Origin: the human T2T-CHM13v2.0 reference genome, Homo sapiens
Direction: 5' to 3' (one strand)
Length of the DNA stretch: 64,000 nucleotides
Assembly (NCBI RefSeq): GCF_009914755.1
Contig: NC_060929.1
Shown here: positions 41,688-55,713 of the stretch, piece after piece
How positions within the stretch are numbered: the stretch's first letter is position 1
Layout: each line of letters opens with the position of its first letter
Notes under the pieces: generated by a model
Told to the model about the DNA's origin: nothing
Seen by the model: the letters and a program-made list of their open reading frames with translations, nothing else
Databases searched by the model: none
Translations under genes and position numbers: made by a program

Positions 41688-43847
41688 ATATCAGCACCAC
41701 CTCCCTACCAGCCCTGAGAACACCTGGCTCCAGCTCCTCCCTGCAGGACCAGGTGCCCAACAGAGTGGTCTCTCGCTGCCCAGGGCACTCAACTCAGGGT
41801 GAGTGTCAGCTTTCCCCAGCTGCGTGACTTTAGGTAACTGGAATAATGTTCTGTCATTTAAATTCTTATTTACCCACCTCAGCACTTAGAGATTGAGTTA
41901 TTATATTATAATGTATTCCCTTAAAACATTTTGGAAGAGACATGCATAATCCCACATAATGGATAATTTCTATTTCTCAAATTGTATTTCAAATGAGCAG
42001 TTAATGATTTCTGAGACTAGAAACTTAAACAGAAAGGAAATGAACAGAATCCTGTAATTAACCACGTGCTAAAATGAACTTTTGGGGAGGAGAAATTCAT
42101 TGAACATGCAAATATATTTTTATACATAGCTTCTTTCCTAAATAATGCAAAATAGTATGCAATGGGGGTAGGAGCGCCTTTCTAGGAAGACTGTCCCTAA
42201 TCAATTTTTCTATACAAATACTGCTGAGACTGGAAGCTCAGTACTACTGTTATTCTGTTCAAGAATCCTGATCTCAAGTAAAGCGATCTCTCTCCAGTGT
42301 CTATATGGGATTTTTGTTGTTGTTGTTGTTGCTTAACCATTGCTTGAAGGATCAAGTTGTGGTCTTTAGGACTTTTTGCAGTTAAGAAGTGTATGCCTAT
42401 AAATTATACTCATACTAGGTAGACACAGAGGAACCGAAGAACCAAGACCCACCCCCAGATGTCAATGTGCCAGGGTCCTGGGCATATTCAGGGCCTTGGT
42501 GGAGTTTTTTGGAAAACTTGAGGTACTCGGGGCACAGGCTCCATTTACTCCAGGATGGGGGCCCCGTGGGTGAGCACACACCTGGACTTGGCGCCTTTTT
42601 CCCAGGGCTCTGAGCCTGTCTGGACAGGAGCTGTAGCACCGGTCAATTAGGAATGGCATGGCCAAATCTCTTCAAGGTTCTGTCATCAGACATGCAAACC
42701 CAACAGCTGCCTTTTTGTAATTTGGGGCCATTCCCTCACCCTTGATCATTTTGTCACTGTTGTTCTTGAGCTATGCTTGAGGTAGCTTCCCTCCTAGATG
42801 CAAACATTCCGTTTCTAATGTAATTTTGGTTAATTTTAAGTTTACAAGAAAGAAGAAATCAGTTCAGTCTAATTGTAACAAAGTTAAAAATATACAAGTA
42901 GGTAGCTCCAATGGAGAGAACCAGGGTTCAACAGGGGAGAGTAAACACATTGTTCCATTCCCTTCCAGGATCCCAGAGAACAAAAGGAAAAAGAAATCAA
43001 CAGTGCTGGGAAAGAAGGAAGGAAAGAAAGAGAGAGAAAGGAGGAAAACAGTAAAACTTGAAAGATCATGTGGTGAAATGAATGTGAAATCCTGGATCCA
43101 ATTTGTTCTCTGTTTCCTCTTCTCCACGGTTTTAGGATTTTCTCAAGCTTCCTAGTACATTGCTGCATTAATTTTCAGATAAACATTCCAAGAGAAGCCT
43201 CATTCTTCCCAAAGAAGCCCTCATTTACATTGACATTTTTCCTGAATATTCCCTAAGCGAGAATTCCAAGGCCTCCCCTCCTCTGTGGACTGTCCATGTG
43301 GACAATGGCACGTGTATCTATGTATCCATGTGGGTGCACACAGGGTAGGGTCGTTCCTGTTGTAGGGATGGCACTGTTTTCTCCACCCCGCTCCAAATCT
43401 TGTCTTGCTCACTGCACACGGCCTGTGTTGGCCCCTCTGGTGTGTCCCGTCAACCCCCGTGCACCCTGCGTTGGGCTGCTTTACCTCGTGTGGTCAGACG
43501 GAACTGTGATCCGTTCTTCAGTTCCTCTTGGACGTCCGCCTCGTTGCTCATGTTTTGCTACTTCGAATAATGGGAATATATATATTCTTCAGAAACTTTC
43601 TTAGATATTGGTGATTTTAATTAGTTGCAATCGATTCCCAGGAGTCAGGTTTTGGGGCCACACAGTATGTCATTTTAATTTTAACAGTTGCTCCTAGATT
43701 GCTGGTCCAAAATCGAGCAATTCACAGCCCCACCAGGAATGTCTGGGAGTAACTTTTTTCTTAGCATCCCTATACTGGATGAATTCCATTTTTAAAAGCT
43801 TTCTTCTTATTTTAAGCTATGAGTTAGTAGATTAAAATAGTCAATAG

Positions 43848-44183
<336 letters not shown>

Positions 44184-44725
44184 TCAAATTTCCAAGTTTT
44201 GAGTTTTCCTTGAAATGTTCACCGGGTTCTCTTTTATTGTTCTTGGAGAATTCAGTGTGCTGATTTCTACTGGGGAGAGATATTACTTGCATAATATTAA
44301 GGACCTCTTAAATTCATATCAGTTTTTGTACTTTTTTCATGTTTCAAAATAACATATACACTCTACTTGTTGTACACCAGCAGCAGCAATTGTTTTTAGT
44401 TCAGGCTTGTCTTTCAAATCAAACATGTATTCATACTTCTCTGGGGATACTTTATCTGAGCGAAGAATGAATGTTCAAACTCTTCTCTATATTTCTACAA
44501 ACTTTTACTTTATCTGTCTCTAAATTTATTGTTAGATAAAAAGGTTATTTATTTGTAACTTCTTGCTAGATTCTTATTTTTATTCATATAACACGCAACA
44601 TAATAATAAAACTTATTTGTTCCTTTTAATCACTCTTTTCTTGGGTGCTATTTTCTTTGATAATTCCTTATCACTTTCATGCTGGGGCATTTTCTTTTTT
44701 TGCATAACGTTTGTGTGTTACTTGC

Positions 44726-45295
44726 TGTGGGAATCCCTTCCTATGTTTAGAAACAGTCTCCACCTCCTAGCATCCAAGTCCTTGAGTGTGGGCTGGAGCC
44801 AGTGATTTGCTCCTCTGGGCTGAATCTTGCAAGCAGGTGGATTACCATTCCCTCAACTAGGTGATAAAGGGACAGCAGCTACTCAGAGATCGTGCTCACC
44901 CTCCTGGGCTCCTCTTGTGTGCTCTGCCTGATGAAACATGCTGCCCTGTTGTGAGCCACCTGATGGAGAGGCCAGCTTTGTGTGGCAGAACACTGAGGGG
45001 GCTTCCTGCCAACAGCCAGACAGGAAGTGAGACCCCCCAGTCCAAAGACGCATGAAGAGCTAGGTCCTGCCAACAACCATTGAGTGAGTCTGAAAGTGGA
45101 TCCTTCCCCAGTCAAGCCTGGAGCTGAGACTGCAGCACCAGCCAGCACACAGACTGCAGCAGTGACTGAACTGGAGGACTCAGCTCAGCCATGCCCAGAT
45201 TCCTGACTCCAGGGAACTGTGAGATAATACCTGTATGTTGGTTTCAAGCCACTAAGTTTTGGGGTGATTTATTACACCGTGATATGTAACTAACT
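44726..45295 (+). mobile_element. MLT1F-type MaLR LTR
   Basis: ccttgagtgtgggctgga ... tggagaggcc ... cctgccaacaaccattgagtgag ... gaactgtgagataata...tttcaagccactaagttttggggtgatttatta. Lies within AT-rich, probably old L1-derived DNA. Confidence 0.8.
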
Positions 45296-47702
45296 TACTC
45301 TTCAGTGGAATATAGGCAGGAAGTCTATTTACTCTTAGACACTTTCTTCAAACAGTTGAGTTTAACCAACTCACCATGATTATTGTTCTTAAATATCTTT
45401 AGATTTATTTTGTTGCCTTATGTTGGTAGTTCTCTTAATATTTTAGCATATTTAATTAACTTAGACAAATTTTAAATTGTATTGTTTAAACATACTTTTT
45501 CTATGACTACCCAAATTCAATAAATTTTATCTTCCTGTATGAGATAAAAATCTTATATCCTCTCACTAAGCTTCCACACTAAGCTTTCATGTTAAAACCA
45601 TCTCAGATACCATTTATAGATTTCTATCAGCATTGTCTTGTTAGGACTCAATTATTTTATATATGTAAAGATGAGTCTTACTTATTTCTTTCTTCATCAT
45701 AATTTCATAAATCCCACACTGTTTTCTGAAGACTTGCTTTTGGTTTTTGCTTAAGAACATCCTTCAGTCATTTTTTTCCCTAGTGGCAACTTTCTGAGTT
45801 TGCTTTTCTACATATTTGACAATTTTTGTTTTGTCTTCAAATTTAAAGACATCTTATTTGAGACAGTGTTCTAGGTTTAAAATATCTTTCATTGTGAACC
45901 ATTCTGTTTTCTCCGATGTTAGTTCTCCTGTTATTAAGATTGATACTTCTTTTTCCTAGTGTTTATTTTTCTAAGTTTAGGTTTGGGGTTGTTTCTATCT
46001 ACCTGTATCTGTGGCAGTTCCCCCCGCCCGCCCCACAGTCTCAGGGAGAATCTCTACAATTATTGATGCTTCTGAAACATGGGGTGAGGCTTGTCTGTGC
46101 ATTGATGTCTGGGGAGGTGTGTCTTTTGATCCTCTGCAGGGTGATGCCTGCTGGCATGTTGTTCTGCCTTCACCCGGCATTGCCCCTGGGAGCTCTTGGT
46201 TGCATCTGCCCCTGTGATTGTGGGCCTGGGTGAGTGAGCTGCATTCCACCATCATGAAGGAAGTTCTGAAGGCTCTGACTTCCGGTCAGTGCCCCCTCAG
46301 TGAGGGACTGCACCCTGCTGGCCCCACTCTCCAGAAGGCAACTGGTATCTTAGACAGCTGTCTGCAGCAAATAATAATCTTCTATTTAATGGAGTTTATT
46401 TCTCCTTTTGTTTTCAGTGGAGAACCTCTGGAATCACTTTCATCTATGAAGGAATTTTGTCTGTATTTTGGACTGTGATTTCTCAGTTTTGTTTTCTCTA
46501 AAGCTGATTGGTCTCTAAGAATTTCTCAATTTTTTTTTTCTGATGGGGAGGACATTCTGTTACCTGTTGTGTATTCTTCCCTTTGTCTAATCATCTCCAG
46601 GATTTATTCTTGCATGATATATTTTACTTATTATTTTATGACATTTGGGGTAGAAAGGGAACATATCTTGACATTCCATCCTAAGTTTCTTCTTCATGAA
46701 GGAGATACTATTGTTATGATGCAGTATGTTATTGAAAAAATTATTATCATTACTATTACCAAGAGCTATTGCACCAACTCAGAACTTTCCAGAAGACTTG
46801 AAATCAAACAAAATTAATTTAGCTATAATCAATTATTTGCTGCAGGTAACCTTTCTAACCCTGTCAAAAAGACTGATAACAAATTCCACTTTCTTGTTAT
46901 CAAGAGTTTAAATATTATTTTTAGTTTCATTTAATAATATATACTATATTATTTTGTGTTATATTTAGTATTTATACATAACTAGAAAGCATTCTTTCCT
47001 ATCTATTAGTGGTTATTTATTAAAAAATCGTGCTAACTTGTGATGAGAACAGATTGTTGACACCATTCTAGCAAGCTCTCTGGCCTTGCCTGTTCTCCAG
47101 ATCCGCTGGCTATGGGAGTGCAGGCTCCTGCAGGAACAGGAATGAGCCAACCACCCCGGCCCTCCTTCAGGGGCATCTGGACTGGGCAAACTCCAGTGTC
47201 CAAAGACAGGTGAGATGCAGGACCCACCCTGGCCCAAGTTTCTTTCCCTTTGTTTCTCACCGAATCAACCATAGCCATGCAGGAAATGGTGAGAGAGTGG
47301 ACGGCCCTCCTGGTGTCCTCCTCGGTCGTCCGGGAAACAGATATAAAGGTCAGCCCCCAAGCCACCCATATGGAGGTCAGAGCCCTAGACCTCACATTAT
47401 CAGCCTATACAGCAGAGCTGTACAGAATCGTAATTTGAGATTATTTACTTTCCTAGTCAGGTTAATTAAAACCCTCAAGTCTGTGCCTATTCAAGCTAAA
47501 TAATGTAATTTAAAGGACATTTTTCACCTGTTCATTATAGCCTTTACAGTAACCAACATTTTCCCTGAAATTACAAAATGGTTTTCATTTGTAATCTCTT
47601 GCGTCAAGATTTTCTGCTCCTGTCTGATAAATTTCCTTCAGGTTGAAAGTTAATCTAACATTCAGCTTAAGAGGTAGTAGTCGCCTTGTTTAAGGACTAT
47701 GA

Positions 47703-48053
<351 letters not shown>

Positions 48054-49261
48054 TTAACTTAGCCAAGAGTTCAAGGCATGAGTCTCCCTAGCCTCAAGAT
48101 TGCTGGCTCCAGTTTTCGCTGCCTAAAAAAGTATTGAAAATTTAGAAAGACAAAACAAACACAAAACAGAGAAAACCAATATTAGAAATATAAATAATGG
48201 CTTGTTGTCTATTTTTGAAAGTATTTTTTTAGGATCAGTGAGGTAATGCAGACGTGGTTAGTACTGGCAGCTGGTGTCATCCCACATAATGACTTGAAGA
48301 GGATTTTCTGGTGCAACTGGTCATCCAGACCTCTACGTGGGCCCAGCAGGCCATATCTCCTGCACCACCCATAGTTTTATGGAGAATGTGAATCTATAAC
48401 CATTCAAGAACTCTCTGTATATTAAATTTAAAAACAAGTTCATACAAAGTTCATAGAAAAGGTAGATTTGTCATTTTGAACTGCAACCTTAAGTAAAAAG
48501 ACAACGGAAAAAAGCAAGTAACTGTAAGTTTCCTGTAAGGCTTTAAAGGGACAGAAGTAAATTGCCAGGACATTTTTATGGAGTTTTTTAACCTCTGGCC
48601 TTTGGAGCGGGGGAATCAATAAGATATTAAGAAAATCATGAATTAATGCTTCATAGAGTGCAGACAACCTTAACTGCTCTGTGGTTTAGATGAATGGCTG
48701 GTCCGGAAACCCGGCCCCTCCCATCTGAAGTTGAAACACCAGTCGCTCTGCTGGGAACAGTGTTAGTCATTCTGCTCCTGTCTCCGTGGGACACTTCATA
48801 GAGTTACGGGAGTATTACAAACTTAGAATGTTATCTGGGCTATTAGGATGAAATCTCCCCAGGAAATGAAATACAAATAATCCTTTTCAAGTTAAGTGGA
48901 ATCGCTTCTGTGACAATATTTCATAAGGATTTTCTAATTGACTCACATTATATTTAAGCGACTCTAGGCTACGGAGTTTGAATTTTGTAGAAATGATTCT
49001 GGGATAATTTTGGGATTCTGACTCCAAATTACTTATGTAAACATGGGCTTCTTTGGTGATCCCAGATTAGTAGCCTGGGCCCTGTCTCTCAGACTCTCTG
49101 CCCCTCCCTCCAGCTGGACCTGCCATCCAACTCCTGTCCCAGTGCCCCTCCCTCCCTTCCTTCACATGGCTCCTTAAGGAAGTTACTCCAGAGCCACTGT
49201 TCCTAAAATACCATTTCCAACTCCATTTCTTCCTACTCCAGTCCTTGCCTTCCCCTGACAG

Positions 49262-50248
49262 CGATCACACCAGCACCAGCCACAGCCACGGCCACGGTGC
49301 CAGTCATAGCCACAGCCACAGGGCCAGTCAGAGCCACAGCACCAGCCACAGCCACAGTCACAGCACCAGCTACAGCCACAGTGCCAGCTACATCCACAGC
49401 AGCAGCCACAGCCACAGGGCCAGTCAGAGCCACAGCCACAGCCACAGTGCCAGCTACAGCCATAGCACCAGCCAAGACACAGTACCAGTCATAGCCACAG
49501 CCACAGTGCCACTCACAGCCACAGCCACAGTGCCAGCTACAGCCATAGCACCAGCCAAGACACAGTACCAGTCATAGCCACAGCCACAGTGCCACTCACA
49601 GCCACAGCCACAGGGCCAGTCAGAGCCACAGTGCCAGCCACAGCCACAGTCACAGTGCCAGCCATAGCCACAGAGCCAGCTACATCCACAGCAGCAGCCA
49701 CAGCCACAGTCACAGCACCAGCTACAGCCACAGTGCCAGCTACATCCACAGCAGCAGCCACAGCCACAGTCACAGTCACAGCCACAGTGCCAGCTACAGC
49801 CACAGCCACAGAGCCAGTCAGAGCCACAGAGCCAGCCACAGCCACAGCCACAGGGCCAGTCAGAGCCACAGCACCAGCCACAGCCACAGTCACAGCCACA
49901 GTGCCAGCCACAGCCACAGAGCCAGTCAGAGCCACAGAGCCAGCCACAGCCACAGTCACAGTGCCAGCCACAGCCACAGTGCCAGCTACAGCCATAGCAC
50001 CAGCCAAGACACAGTACCAGTCATAGCCACAGCCACAGTGCCAGCTACAGCCACAGCCACAGAACCAGTCAGAGCCACAGAGCCAGCCACAGCCACAGTC
50101 ACAGTGCCAGCCATAGCCACAGTGCCAGCCACAGCCACAATGCCAGCCACAGCACCAGCCACAGCCACAGTGCCAGCCACAAAACCAGCCACAGCCATAG
50201 TCACAGCACCAGCCACAGTGCCAGCCACAGCCACAGCCACAGTGCCAG
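49262..50248. repeat. degenerate (GCCACA)n hexamer tandem array / VNTR, ~165 units
   Basis: Units include GCCACA, GTGCCA, GTCACA, GCACCA, GCTACA, GAGCCA and GTCAGA. An 83-bp higher-order duplication starts at 49441 and 49524. Confidence 0.95.
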
Positions 50249-50619
50249 CAGGCTTCAATAGGTATCTGTGCATAGGGGGCCAGTGGATTGCTCCCACCTT
50301 ATCCAGGAATGTGGGCCCTGGGGGCCAGGCTCCTTGCACCCTGTTGGCAACTGTATTTGCAGCTCTCAGCATGGAGCCTGGTGTCCTGGCACTGGAGAGA
50401 CAGAAGATGGAGCACCTGACTCTGGGGATGCTTTACATGAATGGACTGGCTCCAACTTCCCAGCAGCTCTGAGGCCTCCCCCTCCGTGTGCAGTAGTGGA
50501 GAGGAAATGTCCACGTCTCATGGCTGGTAGGGTTCAGATCTGGGACTCGGCTCTGGGTGTTTTGACCTCCAGATCCACATCTGCCCTGCGCAGAACAGAC
50601 TAATGCATGTGTGGCCCTT

Positions 50620-50745
50620 CTGGGGGCCACGGCTTTAAAATGCATTTTCTCCTGTCATTCTCATGATGGGCATTAGAATCCCCATTGCACAGCTGAGCAA
50701 TGGAGGCACAGCGAGCTGTGGGCTGCAGAGATCCAAGCCCAGGAG
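50620..50745 (-). mobile_element. MIR relic
   Basis: atccccattgcacagctgagcaatggaggcacagcgag ... gatccaagcccagg. Confidence 0.55.
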
Positions 50746-52448
50746 AGCTGGGGTCCCACCGGGTCCTTGCCTACATCTTCCCCAAGAAGGGCAGTCCCCT
50801 GGGCACGGGTTCCCTTCGAGGAGGGGCCGGAGTGACTGGAGGCAGAACTGGGATGGGGCAGGAGCTGCCTCTGCCCCGACATCATCCAGGCCTCCCTCTG
50901 GGTCATTGTCTGAGCTGAAATGGCCAACGGATAAGAAGATGCTTTGTTCAGAGGGCAGTTAGAGTGGTCTTTCTTCTTCATGCTGGGGGGAGGGGGAGGG
51001 GGAGGCAGGGGCAGGCCCTCTTACAGCCCCCTCAAGGGCACAAAGAAGCCCATGTTTCTTAGGATGATACAACCCAGTGCGATGGCCCAGGGACCTAAGA
51101 GGTCGACTCAGACTCAGACTCCGCGAGGCCCCATGCACGCCTCCTTTCCAGCCGCTTGGTGGGATGAGGGTGGGTGCAGGGGCTGCCGGCCAGAGCTGTC
51201 TCTGGTGAGGGGACTGAGGGGCAGAGGCAGGGGGAGGGTGACTTTTTACTTCAACCCCTTTTGTGCCGTGATCACATGTTGTCTTGTACCGGGGACGCAT
51301 GTTACCTACTCAGAACTACTCTTTTGCTCAGTTAAAAGAATCTCCACAAGAAGGGCCCCAGACTTGTAAGTGTGTAAGTTCTTCTAAGAATCAATATTTA
51401 AATTTTTTTCCAGCTAACTTTGCTGTTGAAGTAGCAGTGGAAGGGGACTGGGGCATGCCCAAATATAGAGAGACACTCAAACGGCCTCCCGCTCCAGACA
51501 CAGGGCTTGGGAAATCCCCACCCAAACAGGCCTCATCCTACTCCAAAAACAGAGCCAATGAGACCTGAGCAACTGTCCAAAAAGAGACAAGCTGTCTGTA
51601 GGAGGAACGTGCAGGACCCTGTGTGCCCAGGGTCGTGGATGCCCACCGTGGAAGCCCAGGCTGGACAGTGCTGATGCTCCCAGACAGGACATGGCAAACC
51701 AGCACTGCAGCTAGCAATGCCCCCTGAATCAGGGAGCTGCCATTCCTATGAGCTAAGAAGCAGGTGATTGGGTATGTCTGTGATCAGCTCAGGAAGACAG
51801 GCTGCAGGCAAAACGGGGCTTTCTTAAACTAAGCGGTAGGCGTGGACTTTGGAACCAGCTGGGCTCGCCAATCAGCAGCAGCCAGGGATGCTCATTGGTG
51901 CCAGTTTTTCACAGGGAGAGGAGGCGGCAGTGGCAATGGTGCTCTCATACAAAACTCCGGGAAGAGGGCCTCTCCTTTCAAACAGAAGTGGCTGGTATGA
52001 ACGACTCTCAAAATGCAAGCTGTCCTGTAAGTGCTGACTCACAGGTGGTCACCAATATCACCTGGCTGGCTTCAGGGATCTCCAGTCACAGTCGTAGTGC
52101 TTAGATTCCGTGAGTCCAGTGGTTTGGGAATAATGCTTCATTTCCCGCCTGTCACTGGAGAGGGCTCTAAGACCTTAGCCCCTGTTTTCTCTCTACAAAC
52201 AACACTCAGTAAGCCAAGATGACGAAACCAGAGGATCCCCTCTTCCCAGTCTAACTAGGCTCTGTCTGCACAGCACGAATCGCCCAACTAGCCTTTCTAT
52301 CTCCTGCAGGTTATTCAGGGCTTACATTTGCGACGACAATTTTCAGACTATTCATCTCTGTTGCTAGGTACACTATCACTAGCACGCATCCAGCCTTTGA
52401 CATAGTCCTACTTTTTGATGCAAGCACACAGTTGAGGAAATATCATAG

Positions 52449-52759
<311 letters not shown>

Positions 52760-52789
52760 CTGGTGTATGCCTTTTATGGGATTGACACT

Positions 52790-52930
52790 GTCCTTCGAGA
52801 TCTGCATGGATTATTTCATTCAGTACCAACAGCAACCTGAAGAGGAAGTCTCTGTCGTCATCCCCATGATGAAATTGCGAGAAAAAGCCGGAGTTGGTCG
52901 AGAAGAAAGAAGAGGAGGAGAGTGGTGCCA
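52790..52930 (-). mobile_element. MIR relic
   Basis: catggattatttcattcagtaccaacagcaacctgaagagg...atccccat. Confidence 0.5.
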
Positions 52931-55249
52931 GGGGTGACCACACCAACCTCAAAACTGAGACCCTGCAAACAAACCCCCAGGCGTGAGGACATGCATGCAT
53001 GGATCACGGTCCTCCAGCCTCTCCTCTTGTTCATCACCTGCTGTCTTTGGAAACACAAAACGGAGGAGGCGTCTCCGGCAGGTAAATCCTGTGGAGCAGA
53101 GGGATGGAGCCGCCTCTGATGATGATCGAGCTGTGGTGATCCTATCAGCCAAGCAGCCATCATCTGGTCTGGAGGCTGGGGACAGGGCTCATCTCCCAGC
53201 AGCCATCAGCGCCCGCCTGACACCAGGCAGGTAATGCTATCTCCTGCGCTGAGAGGGCCGATGAACCGTGATGAGCGATGCAGGGCCGTCACTAGGCATC
53301 TGCTTCCCAGTTTGGCCATAAACGTCAGCCTCCTCTGACCTCACTTTGTCAGCACTCTGTGCAAGGGGAAAGGCCAGGCATGGCTCCATCAGCTAGTCCT
53401 GGCGGGCGTCACTCCTTACCTCTGAGCTTGCTTCCTTCCCACGTCAGCCCCGGCAGGTGTAGCCGCCACACCCAGCCCCTGGCTCCAGTGCCAGGCATTG
53501 GCCAGGGTGGGTCAGGGCACACGGCGTTCATCCAACCGCAGAAGACGCTCCTTGGCAACCGCACCGTAGGGTAATGATGCAGGAGGAACGTTGTCCAAAA
53601 CGTCAGATTTTGAACAAAATGACCGTGAATAATGTATTCCCAGGCACTGCTTCCTGGGCAGCACTGCCAAGGCGTTCTGTGGCGGCTGCATCTGTCATCG
53701 GGGAACACAAAACGCACAGGGAAGTCACCCCCACGCACGGCCCACACGTGTTTGCAAACAGAAGCTGCGCTGTTTTGAGGTTCAAACGCGAGAGGCGGCC
53801 TCCGACGTGACTCGCCTGCCAGCTCCGGGAGGAGAGGGTGTGTGGTATTAAAAATTCATAGAGAACACTGCCTTTTATTTCAAGAGCAACAGGAGCAAAA
53901 GGCTTTTCTGCAGTGCCCAGGGAAACATAAAGTTCAAATACTGTGAGGTTGCAGGAACAGATCAGAGCCTGCTCTTCCCAGCCAAAGCCTACAAGGCGAT
54001 TCTTTATAGTGTCTTGGCCGAGACAGCTCGAGGATAACTGAGCCTAAGAAGCCAATTTGCTGAGTTTTGTTCGGACTGTGAAATAAGTCACTTTTGTTTT
54101 GGAGTCAGAATCAGGGAGCACCATGGTGGAGCCCGGAAAGCGATGAAGACACAACAGCTCTCCTGAGAGTTCCCGACATTCCTACGAATGCGGTTTCCCC
54201 ACCTGCCACCTCTCCACGGACCCTCTGCCTGCCTTCCTGAAGGCAAAACTGCAACAGCCGGACTTGACATTTGAGAGGAGGGGCATGGGGAGACCATGCA
54301 GTCTGTATTTCTCTGGAAAGAAATTGGTCTTCCTGGAAAACCCAACGTCTTTTAGCAGGTGGAAGAGATAAATTGTCGTCACTTTTATTTGCAGAATCTA
54401 ACAGAAACAATTGGATGGCGTTAGCTTTGCAAGCCAGTCTCAGAGGAAAGCCAGCGTGTGCTTCAGCAGCTGCACATTTGTGGGCAGAAAATGCCCAACG
54501 TGTTTTGCAGAACCAGCCATCGTTCTTAAATGTACAGAAGAGTCAAGGTGTCAGTGAGCCTCCAAGGGCAGTGTTGTAAGCCCACCTTCTGTGCCTTCCC
54601 TCTCAGCCTAGGACAAGGCAGGTCCCTGCCTTCTGTCTGCCTTTCTGGCTTTGATGGGATCAACCAGGAAGAGCGGAAAGGCTTGGTGCCCCGGAGCCTC
54701 CGAGGACAGGCTCCAACCAGCGAAGCTTCCAGAAGCACAGCTGAGGAAAGGTGTGAGAGCTGTGGAACCTCCGAGTCCTTAAAACCTGTCACCCAATGCG
54801 GAATCCGTGTTTCCCAAGGGGATGTGTAGGCAGAACGAGTGTCCTGCTCTCTCCTGCCTCTGTCCTGCTTTTCAGAAGTCAGAGTTTTCAGTCCAATATT
54901 CCTGCCTTTGACAGTTTGGGTGATATAAACACATAATGAGAATTGTTTAGGGCAGCAAACAAACAATAAAAACAACAAAAAACAAACTCCAAAGCGTCTT
55001 GGGAGGCTGTGCCTGGCAATGCCCGTGCAGGGAAGTTACAGGCATGATGGGGGATGGGACTGACCCAAAAATCCCTTCCATGAGTCCTGCACTTTCCTTT
55101 GCCTTTTCTCAGCCAGGTGCTTTTATAATGATTTTTAACAGTCAAAAACCACTTAATATCCTTCACACTGTGATTTTCTTCCTCCTGGAAACAAATACTG
55201 AGAGGTGCCAGTTCGGAACTGATTGAGTGGCACAGTGTCTCCGTCTCTA

Positions 55250-55713
<464 letters not shown>

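Larger units (their letters stand above)
40495..41693 (-). mobile_element. THE1D MaLR solo LTR (40495-40929 plus terminal bases 41688-41693), split by LTR12 and carrying a templated insertion
   Basis: tgtattagtccattttcacacagccataaagaaatacccaagactgggtaattt ... gagatgagatttgggtggggacacagagccgaacc. The terminal atatca resumes after LTR12. Confidence 0.88.

Noticed and set aside
49262-50248. CRISPR-like or telomere-like array
   Set aside because: No repeat-spacer alternation, no cas genes and the unit is not TTAGGG; it is a degenerate simple repeat.
49233-50372. Minus-strand hydrophobic (VAVAG)n ORFs and plus-strand (SH)n ORF
   Set aside because: Alternative readings of the same hexamer repeat, with no independent evidence of coding.
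50985-51011. G-quadruplex motif (four G-runs)
   Set aside because: Present, but such motifs are very common and nothing here supports a function.
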